In this document: piece after piece, positions 1 through 8,939 of the stretch
Position numbering within the stretch: the first letter of the stretch is position 1
How the letters are laid out: each line of letters starts with the position of its first letter
Source: Alphaproteobacteria bacterium
GTDB taxonomy: Bacteria > Pseudomonadota > Alphaproteobacteria > UBA7985
Direction: 5' to 3'
Assembly (NCBI GenBank): GCA_965658725.1
Contig: CBFHUI010000003.1
Location: forward strand, 2,891 to 66,890
Length of the DNA stretch: 64,000 nt
Notes under the pieces: generated by a model
The model's database searches: none
Told to the model about the DNA's origin: nothing
The model's input: only the letters and a program-made list of their open reading frames with translations
Made by a program: the position numbers and the translations under genes

Positions 1-485
1 TTCACCGCCTGAATGCCGTAGTCCTCGAGCACACCATCATAAGCCGGCATTTTCCCGGAGTAATCTGCGACATAGATGGCGGGTCCATACTTGACCAGAT
101 TGAACAAAACTTCGTCGGAGTGATGCCACGTGTGTCCAGTTTGGTCGTGGGGTGGAGCAGGCAGATTGCCGTCGGCGTCGCGTAACCACCAGTTTTCCTG
201 CCCTTCCAGATTGGCGCCATGACAGGATGAGCAGGAGGTCCGATAAACCACCTCACCTCGCGCCAGCAGCGCCGGGTCGTCAACTGAAATGCGATACACC
301 GACGCCGGCAGCTGCGCCTCTATCTCGAGCCGCGTTGGCTGCTCGATGGGTGCTTGAGGAGTAAAGCCAAGCGCGGGCGTCGTCTGGTTCGACTCAGCTT
401 GCTGAGCACCTTGAATGCGTTGCGCAACAAGGAATGCCGTGGCTGTCAGCAGAGCAAGCCCCAAAAATACCAAGACTGCCTTCAT
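1..485 (-). CDS. c-type cytochrome, C-terminally truncated by window edge (signal peptide, CSSCH haem-binding motif)
   Basis: Manual translation of the minus strand from ATG at 485..483 gives MKAVLVFLGLALLTATAFLVAQ (signal peptide). Further on it gives RTSCSSCHGANLEGQENWWLRDADGNLPAPPHDQTGHTWHH, which contains a CxxCH motif. The frame stays open to position 1. It is not in the ORF track because it runs off the edge. Confidence 0.65.
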   Translation of the reverse strand, partial: MKAVLVFLGLALLTATAFLVAQRIQGAQQAESNQTTPALGFTPQAPIEQPTRLEIEAQLPASVYRISVDDPALLARGEVVYRTSCSSCHGANLEGQENWWLRDADGNLPAPPHDQTGHTWHHSDEVLFNLVKYGPAIYVADYSGKMPAYDGVLEDYGIQAV

Positions 486-901
486 GGAACTTTCGCTTCC
501 AGAATGGGTGAAGATTCATCGTCAGAGAGCGCAAACATCACTTTGCACTTTTGTCCCTTTCCGGCGGGACAGGTATCGATCAGCGTCCTTAAGTTCTGAG
601 CCATCTGCTTGAGATCCAGCATCTTGCGCTCCAGTGCTTCAAGGTGGGAATCCGCGATGGCGTGAACCTCGTCCGCGGTCCAGTTTTGGGTAGATTTCAG
701 TTCCAGCAACTGCCGGCAATCGTTCAACCGGAACCCCAGTCGACGCGCGCGGGCGAGGAACTGCAGTCGAGACAAGTCATCAGAAGAGTAGATCCTACGG
801 CCGTTGTTGCCCCGGCTGGGCCGGATCAAGCCTTCGTTTTCATAGTGTCGTACGGCCTTCTCCGTGAGTTCGGACCGTTGCATGATTTCTGCCAGTCGCA
901 T
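482..901 (-). CDS. cueR: MerR-family metal-responsive regulator, CueR/HmrR-like
   Basis: N-terminal MerR HTH (LAEIMQRSELTEKAVRHYENEGLI). C-terminal C-x7-C (CPAGKGQKC) has the same spacing as the Cu(I)-binding Cys pair of CueR. Its stop TGA overlaps the ATG of the downstream cytochrome (ATGA). Confidence 0.7.
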   Translation of the reverse strand: MRLAEIMQRSELTEKAVRHYENEGLIRPSRGNNGRRIYSSDDLSRLQFLARARRLGFRLNDCRQLLELKSTQNWTADEVHAIADSHLEALERKMLDLKQMAQNLRTLIDTCPAGKGQKCKVMFALSDDESSPILEAKVP

Positions 902-1284
902 GGTATCCAGCTTTCTAAACGAATTCTCTTCGGTCTTACTTTCCTTCCCTTAGGGCAGGATCAAAGATAATCATTGATGGTTCACGGTGATGTGAGAGAG
1001 GGACGAAGCGTTATCATCGCAGCGCTCCCCCTTACGGCAATGTAACCCGTTGCCACTGCCAACTATGGAGGCGCATGAACGGGCGGCGGCGCTGAAAGAG
1101 CTGCCATTTTGCGACGATAAGGACTCGTCCTGTCCCAAATCCCCGTGTCAGGACCTGTAAAAATGGCATTTTGCCATTGTTTCCCGTTGGTTTTACGCCG
1201 CACCACCCACTTAAAGCCCAATAATTAGGCAAACGTGTTCAAATTTCCAGCGATGCCACATTTTTGTGCGTTTCGTCGTTGCGG

Positions 1285-1349
1285 CCCCTCGAGCGAGGGC
1301 GTTCTCTCGTCCCATCAAACCGCCAACTCGGTTGTTGGCGTTCTCTCGT
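1285..1349 (+). promoter_or_regulatory. amtB leader: two tandem units, each a short hairpin followed by the 13-mer GGCGTTCTCTCGT
   Basis: Palindrome CCCTCGagCGAGGG at 1285-1298, then GGCGTTCTCTCGT at 1298-1310. Palindrome CCAACtcggttGTTGG at 1322-1337, then an identical GGCGTTCTCTCGT at 1337-1349. These sit 30-80 nt upstream of the amtB ATG. Confidence 0.3.
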
Positions 1350-1378
1350 TGTCTGTAGTTTTACAAAGGGTATTCCAG

Positions 1379-2617
1379 ATGGACGCTTGGCTCCTCACCT
1401 CCACCGCGATCGTTCTGTTCATGACGATCCCCGGTCTCGCTCTGTTCTACGGCGGTCTTGTCCGTGCGAAGAACTATCTTTCGGTTCTCATGCAGTGCTT
1501 TGCCCTGACAGGCCTCATCTCCATCGTATGGATGGTTATCGGCTACGTCCTGTCCTCCACCACGGCAGGCGACGGACCGGCGAACCCATACATCGGATTG
1601 GACTTCTCCCAAATCTTCATGGCGACCACGCCGCACGCTGACATGGCGGGCGCAGCCTTCGGTCTGACCTTCGCCATCATCACCCCGGCGCTGATCCTCG
1701 GTGCATATGCTGAGCGCGTGAAGTTCTCTTTCGTCATGCTGTTCTCCGCGATTTGGGTTGTTCTGGTTTACTGTCCGCTCGCTTACTGGGTCTGGATGGT
1801 TGGTCTGGGCGGCGAAGGCGACTTTGCTGGTCCATCCCCGCTTGAGTGGATTACCGGTGTGGCTCCGCTGGACTGGGCAGGCGGTCTCGTCGTTCACCAG
1901 GCTGCCGGTGTTGCTGGTCTCGTGATCGCGGTCATGCTCGGCAAGCGCGCAGGTTTCCCGAACACTCTGCAGCCACCAGCACAGCCTGGTATGGTCATGA
2001 TCGGTGCTTCCATGCTGTGGATCGGCTGGTTCGGCTTCAACTCCGGCCTTTCCGGTGATCAAGCCAACGCTGGCTACGTGATCTTCTCCACGCAAGTTGC
2101 TGCGGCCGGTGCTTCCATCGCTTGGGTCCTGTTCGAAACCCTTCGCAACGGTAAGCCAACGCTGGTTGGTGCTGCGACCGGTGCAATTGCTGGTCTGGTT
2201 GCCATAACCCCGGCTGTTGGTGTGGTATCCGTCCCCGGCGCGCTGATCCTTGGTCTGATCGCTGGTGTCCTGCCACAGATTGCTATTCCAATCATCAAGT
2301 CCACTTTCAAGATCGACGATGCACTCGACGTGTTCGCGGTCCACGGTGTTGCGGGCATCACCGGTACCCTGCTGCTGCCATTCCTGGCCTTCATCGGTAC
2401 GAACGGTGACGCGGCTCTGATCAGCGAAGTTGGTGTCATGAAGCAGTTCATCACCCAGCTGTGGTCGGTCGTCTTCTCTGCCGCTTACGTCGCAGTGGTC
2501 ACCTTCATCATCGCAATCGTTGTCCGGGCCATCGTTGGCATGCGGGCAGAGGACGAAGCAGTGGCCGATGGCCTCGACCTTTCCTCCCACGGCGAGCGTG
2601 CATACGACCTGACGTAA
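1379..2617 (+). CDS. amtB: ammonium transporter (Amt family)
   Basis: MDAWLLTSTAIVLFMTIPGLALFYGG matches the conserved N-terminus of the Amt family. The protein is polytopic and Gly/Ala-rich. Start chosen at the internal Met of ORF 1235..2617. There is no glnK upstream. Confidence 0.9.
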   Translation: MDAWLLTSTAIVLFMTIPGLALFYGGLVRAKNYLSVLMQCFALTGLISIVWMVIGYVLSSTTAGDGPANPYIGLDFSQIFMATTPHADMAGAAFGLTFAIITPALILGAYAERVKFSFVMLFSAIWVVLVYCPLAYWVWMVGLGGEGDFAGPSPLEWITGVAPLDWAGGLVVHQAAGVAGLVIAVMLGKRAGFPNTLQPPAQPGMVMIGASMLWIGWFGFNSGLSGDQANAGYVIFSTQVAAAGASIAWVLFETLRNGKPTLVGAATGAIAGLVAITPAVGVVSVPGALILGLIAGVLPQIAIPIIKSTFKIDDALDVFAVHGVAGITGTLLLPFLAFIGTNGDAALISEVGVMKQFITQLWSVVFSAAYVAVVTFIIAIVVRAIVGMRAEDEAVADGLDLSSHGERAYDLT

Positions 2618-2675
2618 AGACAGGTCTCGAAAGAAGGCTACTACTCCACCCCAGCCTTCTTTCATCGCAAATCAT

Positions 2676-2715
2676 GCGCCCGGTGCAGCAAACGCACCGG
2701 GCGTATGTCGTTTTG
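2676..2715 (+). terminator. rho-independent terminator candidate downstream of amtB
   Basis: GCGCCCGGTGC-agcaaac-GCACCGGGCG hairpin followed by a T-rich tract (tatgtcgttttg). An additional perfect 11-bp-stem hairpin lies at 2629-2662. Confidence 0.5.
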
Positions 2716-2790
2716 AGGGGGGCGAAAGTGCCATTAAGCCTTGTTTCGCAAGGCCGAAATGGCCTAATAAGCGGTCTGTGGATGGCCCAT

Positions 2791-2866
2791 AGGGGTATAG
2801 CTCAGTTGGTAGAGCATCGGTCTCCAAAACCGAGGGTCGAGGGTTCGAGTCCTTCTGCCCCTGCCA
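2791..2866 (+). tRNA. trnW: tRNA-Trp (anticodon CCA)
   Basis: AGGGGTATAGCTCAGTTGGTAGAGCATCGGTCTCCAAAACCGAGGGTCGAGGGTTCGAGTCCTTCTGCCCCTGCCA. It has canonical D- and T-arms, CCA in the anticodon loop and an encoded 3' CCA. Confidence 0.9.
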
Positions 2867-2998
2867 TTTCCACTGCGGGTTTACGGGACTGACAATCACC
2901 CGTGCCGTCACAGTGTCGAAAGGTTCGACACGGGGTGAGGCACTCGCTGGTTCGCTTCCAGTCCTTTGGTAATAGAAGAAGATGTAAAGGCGGCATGC

Positions 2999-3190
2999 AT
3001 GGCACTGTTTCGGTTTTTTGGCCAAGTGCGGAAAGAAATCGCACGAGTAACCTGGCCATCGCGCAACGAAACAACGGTTACGACCATCCTGGTCCTGATC
3101 CTCGCGACGTTGGCTGCGCTGTTTTTCATCGCCGTTGATTTCGTATTCCGAAACCTGATGGGCTTCCTCCTGGGCATCAGCCTCGGCTAA
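2999..3190 (+). CDS. secE: preprotein translocase subunit SecE
   Basis: MALFRFFGQVRKEIARVTWPSRNETTVTTILVLILATLAALFFIAVDFVF has the conserved SecE motif and a single TM helix. It occupies the canonical position between tRNA-Trp and nusG. Confidence 0.85.
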   Translation: MALFRFFGQVRKEIARVTWPSRNETTVTTILVLILATLAALFFIAVDFVFRNLMGFLLGISLG

Positions 3191-3239
3191 GGCTGCGTAT
3201 CGCGCCGCCCCATCACGAAAAGAAGTGCTGAGCTACCCC

Positions 3240-3776
3240 ATGTCTGAAAACCATAAATGGTACGTCATCCATGTCTATTCCGGCTTTGAGTCCAAGATCG
3301 TTGAGTCGATCATGGAGCAGGCTGAGAAGAAGGGCATTGAGGATCAGTTCTCCGAACTGCTGGTGCCTGCTGAAGAAGTCGTCGAAGTACGCCGTGGTAA
3401 GAAGTACAACGCCGAGCGCAAGTTTTTCCCCGGCTACATCCTCGCCAAAATGGAACTCTCAGACGCCGCGTGGAACCTCGTTAAGAACACCCAGCGCGTG
3501 ACGGGTTTCTTGGGCGGGCAGGGGCGTCCTGTGCCGATCTCCGAGCGTGAAGCCAAGCAGATCATGCAGTCCATGCAGGAAGGCGCGGAGAAGCCGCGGC
3601 CGTCCATCACCTACGAAGTCGGCGAGAACGTTCGCGTGACCGATGGTGCCTTCACCTCGTTCTCTGGCGTGGTTGAGGAAGTGGATCTGGAGAAAGCCCG
3701 TCTCAAGGTTGCTGTGTCGATCTTTGGCCGCGCAACACCGGTTGAGCTGGACTACAGCCAGGTAGAGAAGGCCTAA
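3240..3776 (+). CDS. nusG: transcription termination/antitermination factor NusG
   Basis: MSENHKWYVIHVYSGFESKI is the NusG N-terminal signature. A KOW-like C-terminus is present and the length is about 178 aa. Confidence 0.9.
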   Translation: MSENHKWYVIHVYSGFESKIVESIMEQAEKKGIEDQFSELLVPAEEVVEVRRGKKYNAERKFFPGYILAKMELSDAAWNLVKNTQRVTGFLGGQGRPVPISEREAKQIMQSMQEGAEKPRPSITYEVGENVRVTDGAFTSFSGVVEEVDLEKARLKVAVSIFGRATPVELDYSQVEKA

Positions 3777-3804
3777 GGCCACCTCGCGCAACGAACCTGA
3801 AAAA

Positions 3805-3840
3805 CGCCCCAGCGAGCCGCCCTCGCTGGGGCGTTTTTCT
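3805..3840 (+). terminator. rho-independent terminator after nusG
   Basis: CGCCCCAGCGAG-ccgc-CTCGCTGGGGCG perfect 12-bp stem followed by TTTTT. Confidence 0.75.
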
Positions 3841-3860
3841 TGGCCCCTGCACGACACAAG

Positions 3861-3892
3861 AAAAAAGGCCCCGCACCGGGTGGTGCGAGGCC
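3861..3892 (-). terminator. rho-independent terminator after rpsD (minus strand)
   Basis: GGCCCCGCACC-gggt-GGTGCGAGGCC hairpin with one mismatch. An A6 run on the plus strand gives a U-tract after the hairpin on the minus strand. Confidence 0.6.
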
Positions 3893-3918
3893 TTCTTTGA
3901 ATTCGGGTCGCGCTGGGA

Positions 3919-4536
3919 TTAACGCGAGTAGTATTCCACCACCAGGTTTGGCTCCATGGTGACTGGGTACGGTACGTCTTCGAGCTTTGGGCCACGCAGG
4001 AACTGAGTGGTCATCTTCTTCACGTCGACTTCAACGTAGTCCGGCACGTCGCGCTCTGGCGATGCGAGGGCTTCGAGCACCAGTGCGATTTCGCGGGACT
4101 TGCCTTTGACCTCAACGACGTCGCCGTCACGAACCATCATGGACGCGATGTTGGCTTTCTTGCCGTTCAGGGTGACGTGGCCGTGGTTCACGAACTGACG
4201 GGCAGCAAACACGGTCGGGACGAATTTGGAACGGTATACGACCGTATCCAGACGACGCTCGAGCAGCTCGATCAGGTTCTCGCCGGTGTCGCCCTTACGG
4301 CGCACAGCTTCGGCGTAGTACTTGCGGAACTGCTTCTCGGTGATGTTGCCGTAGTAGCCCTTGAGCTTCTGCTTGGCTTTCAGCTGCAGACCGAAGTCGG
4401 AATCTTTTTTCTTGCGACCCTGGCCGTGCTGGCCGGGACCGTAGGAACGCTTGTTGATCGGGGACTTTGGGCGGCCCCACAGGTTGACGCCCAGACGGCG
4501 GTCAATCTTGTACTTAGCGGAAATACGCTTTGACAT
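3919..4536 (-). CDS. rpsD: 30S ribosomal protein S4
   Basis: [39 protein letters not shown] is the S4 N-terminus. Length 205 aa. Confidence 0.95.
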   Translation of the reverse strand: MSKRISAKYKIDRRLGVNLWGRPKSPINKRSYGPGQHGQGRKKKDSDFGLQLKAKQKLKGYYGNITEKQFRKYYAEAVRRKGDTGENLIELLERRLDTVVYRSKFVPTVFAARQFVNHGHVTLNGKKANIASMMVRDGDVVEVKGKSREIALVLEALASPERDVPDYVEVDVKKMTTQFLRGPKLEDVPYPVTMEPNLVVEYYSR

Positions 4537-4756
4537 ATCGAACCCTTCGTTAACGAGGTGTTATTTTGACGGTGCCGGTAGTCTCGCGCGCCAGAAGCGC
4601 TAGAGCGTGGAGCCACTTAGATCAGCGGTGACACCAACTTTCCCGGCCTATCTCAGAGAGATAAGGGGTCAGTAAAGATAAGGCGCGCCGCTGTCAAAGG
4701 GCGCGCCTCATTATGGGGCGAAGGGCTGTAATGCAGTCCTGCATGCCTGTGCTAGA

Positions 4757-5533
4757 CTAGTGCACCCCGGCCAGCCGGTCCGCGACCGTTACGCCGCCGT
4801 CGGCAACGATGGTCTGGCCATTGACAAAGGCAGCTGCCTTGGACGCGAGGAAGACTGCAATCCCGGCGATGTCATCCGGCTCGCCCAACCGACGCAGCGG
4901 GGTTGCGTTGATCGTGCCTTCAGCCAGCTTCGGGTTCTTCCAGAGCGCTTCAGCAAAGTCGGTCTTTATCAGCCCTGGCGCGATGGCGTTGGAGCGGATG
5001 CCCTTTGGGCCCCATTCGATTGCCATGTTCTTCGCCAGATGCGCATTCGCGCCCTTAGTGATGCCGTAGGTACCAATCGCGCCGTTGCCGTTGATCCCGG
5101 CAATAGACGCGAGGAAGGTCATGGAGCCATGACCGCGCGCGGCCATATCTTCCACACACTCCTGAATGAACCAGTAGGCGGACTTCAGGTTGGTGGTGAA
5201 GGTCTTGTCGAACATCTCATCGGTGATTGTGTGCGCTGGACCCATATGCGGGTTGGTAGCAGCGTTGAGCACCAGATGGTCTATCTTGCCGTACTTTGCT
5301 TTAACCTCGGCGCACATGGCCTGAACCATCTCCTTGCGCCCGATATGGCAGGGGTAGGCCATGGCTTCGCCGCCTGCGGCTTTGATTGCCTCAACCACTT
5401 CATCACAGGGCTCTGGCTTTCGACCAGAAACCACAACCTTTGCGCCCGCTTCGGCCATGCGCTCGGCAATGGCACGGCCAATACCACGGCTTGAACCGGT
5501 AATCAGGGCGACTTCGCCATCCAAACGAAACAT
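4757..5533 (-). CDS. short-chain dehydrogenase/reductase (SDR family)
   Basis: TGSSRGIGRAIA Rossmann motif and the catalytic YxxxK region of classical SDRs. Confidence 0.85.
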   Translation of the reverse strand: MFRLDGEVALITGSSRGIGRAIAERMAEAGAKVVVSGRKPEPCDEVVEAIKAAGGEAMAYPCHIGRKEMVQAMCAEVKAKYGKIDHLVLNAATNPHMGPAHTITDEMFDKTFTTNLKSAYWFIQECVEDMAARGHGSMTFLASIAGINGNGAIGTYGITKGANAHLAKNMAIEWGPKGIRSNAIAPGLIKTDFAEALWKNPKLAEGTINATPLRRLGEPDDIAGIAVFLASKAAAFVNGQTIVADGGVTVADRLAGVH

Positions 5534-5607
5534 GAGTTCTCCTCCCGAGATTGTCTCTCTTTATCCCGGTAAAGACTGACACAGCCCGGTCCCGGCGGGA
5601 AGGGTCG

Positions 5608-6339
5608 CTAGCGGGGTCCGCCCTGTCCTTTGAGGAAAGAAAAGATGCCGTGGAGAGTATTGATTTCGTTTTCGGTTAGATCGTTACGCTGAAAGATGTT
5701 GCGCACGTTTCGGATCATCCGCTCACGCTTTTCTGGAATGGCTAGGAAAGAGCGCTCATCAAGGTCGTTGATCAGGCGATTGAGGAAGTTGTCGAGCATC
5801 TTCTGAGACGCGGGTGCCGCGCCGCTGCTCTCCAGTACGACATCCGGCGTTTCGTCCGCTGCCGTCCACCATTCATAACCCACCAGCAAGACTGCCTGCC
5901 CGATGTTCAGCGAGGTGTTGCCGGGGTTCAGGGGGACGGTGATCATGGCCGAAGCGAGGCTGATCTCGCTGTTCCACAGCCCTTCTCGCTCGCGGCCAAA
6001 CAGCAGCCCGATCCTTTGCCCGTCTCCGGCCCGCTGACGCGCGTCAGTGGCGAAACCGCGGGCGGTAAATACCGGTTTGACCTGATCGCGGCCGCGGGCC
6101 GTGGTGGCATAGGTATAGGATAGGTCGGCAATGGCGGCATCGAGCGTGTCAAAGACTTGAGCGGCTTCAACAATGTCTTCGGCGTGGGCGGCCATGGCGT
6201 TGGCGGCGGGGTTTGGCCAGCCATCGCGGGGGTCGACCAGCCGCAGATCGCTCAACCCGCAGTTCTTCATCGCGCGGGCGCAGGCCCCGATGTTCTCGCC
6301 CATTTGCGGGCCACACAGAATAACGCAGGGCGGTTGCAT
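5608..6339 (-). CDS. SpoU/TrmH-family RNA 2'-O-methyltransferase (TrmJ-like)
   Basis: The stretch VILCGPQMGENIGACARAMKNCG is typical of the SPOUT class. Start trimmed to the Met just downstream of the leuA-like stop. The longer ORF 5608..6435 would overlap the upstream gene. Confidence 0.75.
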   Translation of the reverse strand: MQPPCVILCGPQMGENIGACARAMKNCGLSDLRLVDPRDGWPNPAANAMAAHAEDIVEAAQVFDTLDAAIADLSYTYATTARGRDQVKPVFTARGFATDARQRAGDGQRIGLLFGREREGLWNSEISLASAMITVPLNPGNTSLNIGQAVLLVGYEWWTAADETPDVVLESSGAAPASQKMLDNFLNRLINDLDERSFLAIPEKRERMIRNVRNIFQRNDLTENEINTLHGIFSFLKGQGGPR

Positions 6340-6343
6340 GGCC

Positions 6344-7969
6344 TCAGATGGCATGCGCGCCTTCCTTGAGCAGCTTCCACGCGATGGCGTCGAGCAAGGC
6401 GTCAAAGGAGGCGTCGATGATGTTGGTGCTGACACCCACTGTGGTCCAGGTCCGACCCGTGCTGTCCTCGCTCTCGATCATTACGCGCGTCTTGGCGGCG
6501 GTCCCGCTGCGTCCATCGAGGATGCGCACGCGATAGTCGGTGAGGTGCATGTCTTCCAGCGCCGGGTAAACCTCGAGCAGGGCCTTGCGCAGCGCGGCGT
6601 TCAGGGCATCCACGGGGCCGTTGCCGGGGGCAGCTTCGATGTAGACCTTTTCCGCGACTTCCAGCTGCACCATGGCCATGGACTCGGTGACTTCATCGCC
6701 CTTCGCGTTGTGTCGGCGCTCGTCAATGACGCGGAAGCGGTCGAGTTGGAAAAAGGCCGTGCTCTGCCCAAACTGCTGGCGGGTGTAGAGTTCAAAGGAT
6801 GCGTCCGCGCCGTCGAAGGTCAGGCCCTTGTCCGCCTCAAGCGTCTTGATGCTGGCAGTCAGCTCGCCGATCCGGGGGTCGCTTGGGTCCACGTCCAGCC
6901 CCATGGCCTTGAGCTGAGACACGACGTTCGAGCGCCCAGCCTGATTAGAGACCAATACCTGCCGGGCGTTGCCAACGCTCTCGGGTGGAACGTGCTCGTA
7001 GGTGCGCGGGTCTTTGGCCACGGCTGAGGCGTGCAAGCCGCCCTTGTGCGCAAAAGCGTTTGCTCCGACGTAGGGCGCATGCCGGTTGGGCGCTCGGCCG
7101 AGGATCTCGTCCACCAACCGGCTCACCTTGGTCAAGCTCGCCAGCCCGTCTTCATCAACGCCGATTTCGAAGTCTGTCTTGAGTTTCAGTGAAGGGATCA
7201 GCGAGGTCAGGTTGGCGTTGCCGCAGCGCTCACCCAGCCCGTTCAGCGTCCCCTGGATCTGCCGCGCGCCGCAGCGTACTGCGGTCAGACTGTTCGCAAC
7301 CGCGTGACCGGTGTCGTCATGGAAGTGCACGCCCAGCCGATCGCCCGGAATGTGGGTGAGAACGTCCGTGATGATGGCTTCGACTTCGTGGGGCAGGGTG
7401 CCGCCGTTGGTGTCGCACAGAACCACCCATCGCGCGCCATTGTCGTAGGCTGCTTTGGCGCAGGCGAGGGCATAGTCGCGGTCGGCCTTGTAGCCGTCGA
7501 AGAAGTGCTCGGCGTCGTACATGGCTTCTTTGCCCGCCGCCACTGCTGCTGCAATCGTGTCGCCGATCATGGCGATGTTTTCTTCGTAAGACACCTTCAG
7601 CGCCACATCGACCTGATAGGTCCAAGACTTGCCAACAAAGCACGCGCCGACGGTTGGCGCGTTCAGGATGGGGGCAACGATGGGGTCGTTGGCAGCAGAG
7701 CGACCCGCACCACGGGTCATGCCAAAGGCAACGAACTTCGCGCGCTTGAAGCCGGGGTCAGTAGCGAAGAACTCCGTATCAGTCGGGTTAGCGCCGGGCC
7801 ATCCGCCTTCGATGTAGTCAATACCAAGGGTATCCAGCGCCTCGGAAATCAACCGCTTATCGTGCACGGAGAAGTCCACCCCCTGGGTTTGCGCACCGTC
7901 GCGCAGGGTGGTGTCAAAGAGGTACAGACGGTTTGAGTCTGTCGCTGTTGGAGCCGCGCTCGCAGTCAT
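6344..7969 (-). CDS. 2-isopropylmalate/citramalate synthase family protein (LeuA/CimA, long form)
   Basis: LFDTTLRDGAQTQGVDFSVHDKRLISEALDTLGIDYIEGGWPGANP is the HMGL-like TIM-barrel signature. The ~540 aa length includes a C-terminal regulatory domain. Confidence 0.85.
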   Translation of the reverse strand: MTASAAPTATDSNRLYLFDTTLRDGAQTQGVDFSVHDKRLISEALDTLGIDYIEGGWPGANPTDTEFFATDPGFKRAKFVAFGMTRGAGRSAANDPIVAPILNAPTVGACFVGKSWTYQVDVALKVSYEENIAMIGDTIAAAVAAGKEAMYDAEHFFDGYKADRDYALACAKAAYDNGARWVVLCDTNGGTLPHEVEAIITDVLTHIPGDRLGVHFHDDTGHAVANSLTAVRCGARQIQGTLNGLGERCGNANLTSLIPSLKLKTDFEIGVDEDGLASLTKVSRLVDEILGRAPNRHAPYVGANAFAHKGGLHASAVAKDPRTYEHVPPESVGNARQVLVSNQAGRSNVVSQLKAMGLDVDPSDPRIGELTASIKTLEADKGLTFDGADASFELYTRQQFGQSTAFFQLDRFRVIDERRHNAKGDEVTESMAMVQLEVAEKVYIEAAPGNGPVDALNAALRKALLEVYPALEDMHLTDYRVRILDGRSGTAAKTRVMIESEDSTGRTWTTVGVSTNIIDASFDALLDAIAWKLLKEGAHAI

Positions 7970-8171
7970 TGGGCTGCTCGTCCCGCCTTGTGGATAAATC
8001 GTTATGTTCTGATGTAACGAGGCGGGGAGGGCTTGTCACCTGCCGTGAGGATCAGCCCGGATATTCGCACGTTACCCGATCAAAGCGCTGCTTCTGCGCT
8101 GGCGAAAGCAAAAGAGCGCCCCGAGGGACGCTCTTTTCACCCCCCATTGGAGGGTCTGGTTGGCTTTTGTC

Positions 8172-8939
8172 CTAGCGAGCTGCCATCCGCATCGCCCCAT
8201 CCAGGCGAATGGTTTCACCGTTGATGTAGGCGTTTTCGACCATGTGGATCGCCAGCCGCGCGTACTCGTCCGGCGTGCCGAGGCGAACTGGGAAGGGAAC
8301 CTGCTTGCCCAGCGAGTCCTGAACTTCCTGCGGCATGTTGGTCAGCATAGGCGTCTCGAACACGCCTGGGTTGATGGTGTTCACCCGAATGCCGAAGCGC
8401 GTGAACTCGCGCGCGGCGGGGAGCATCATGCCCATCAGGCCCATTTTCGACGCCGAGTACGACGCCTGACCCACTTGGCCTTCCTGCGTGGCGATGGACC
8501 CGGTGGAAATGACGATGCCGCGCTCGTTGTCGTCATTGATCGGGTCTGCCTTGGACATTTCTGCAGCAGCCTTCGACATGACGTTGTAAGCGCCCACGAG
8601 GTTAATCTCGATGCCCTTGCGGAAGTAGTCGAGCGACGTTGCGTTGCCTTCCCGGTCGATGATCCGCTTGGCTGGTGCGATACCAGCAGCATTGATCACG
8701 ATACGGGCGACGCCGTGTGCAGCCTGTGCCTGCGCGATGGCAGCGGCGACACCTTCGTCAGATGTTACATCGCACTCGATGGCAAGGCCGCCGATTTCTG
8801 CAGCCACGGCGTTTGCGCCATCCATGTTGACGTCGAACAGAGCCACTTTCGCGCCCTTGGCCGCCAGTTGGCGCGCCGTTTCAGCACCAAGACCGGAGCC
8901 ACCACCCGTAACGATCGCTGCGAGGCCGTTGATTTCCAT
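8172..8939 (-). CDS. 3-hydroxyacyl-CoA dehydrogenase type II-like SDR (HSD17B10/FadB2x-like)
   Basis: AIVTGGGSGLG, then EGQVGQASYSASKMG and GIRVNTINPGVFETPML, align closely with 3-hydroxy-2-methylbutyryl-CoA dehydrogenase-type SDRs. Confidence 0.8.
   Translation of the reverse strand: MEINGLAAIVTGGGSGLGAETARQLAAKGAKVALFDVNMDGANAVAAEIGGLAIECDVTSDEGVAAAIAQAQAAHGVARIVINAAGIAPAKRIIDREGNATSLDYFRKGIEINLVGAYNVMSKAAAEMSKADPINDDNERGIVISTGSIATQEGQVGQASYSASKMGLMGMMLPAAREFTRFGIRVNTINPGVFETPMLTNMPQEVQDSLGKQVPFPVRLGTPDEYARLAIHMVENAYINGETIRLDGAMRMAAR

Noticed and set aside
1160-1180. Possible sigma-54 (-24/-12) promoter at TGGCATTTTGCCATTGT upstream of amtB.
   Set aside because: The GG is present but the -12 GC element is not at the required 10-11 bp spacing (TTGT where TTGC is required). 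It is kept only as a palindrome/possible binding site, not called as an RpoN promoter.
1361-2665. 434-aa ORF antisense to amtB. Similar long antisense ORFs occur at 19983..21248 (opposite edd), 40368..41552 (opposite the DppC-like gene), 59536..61956 (opposite valS), 6173..7027 and 8160..9023.
   Set aside because: Their products are Arg/Gly/Asp-rich low-complexity with no family signal, while the sense-strand genes have unambiguous homology. Long stop-free antisense frames are expected at this GC content.
2791-2866. tRNA-Trp as an integration hotspot for a genomic island.
   Set aside because: No integrase, no direct repeat of the tRNA 3' end, and the flanks are core genes (amtB, secE, nusG).
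2461-3025. ORFs 2461..2892 (+) and 2672..3025 (-) overlapping tRNA-Trp.
   Set aside because: They span a canonical tRNA and terminator hairpins. Their translations are low-complexity and they cannot coexist with the tRNA.
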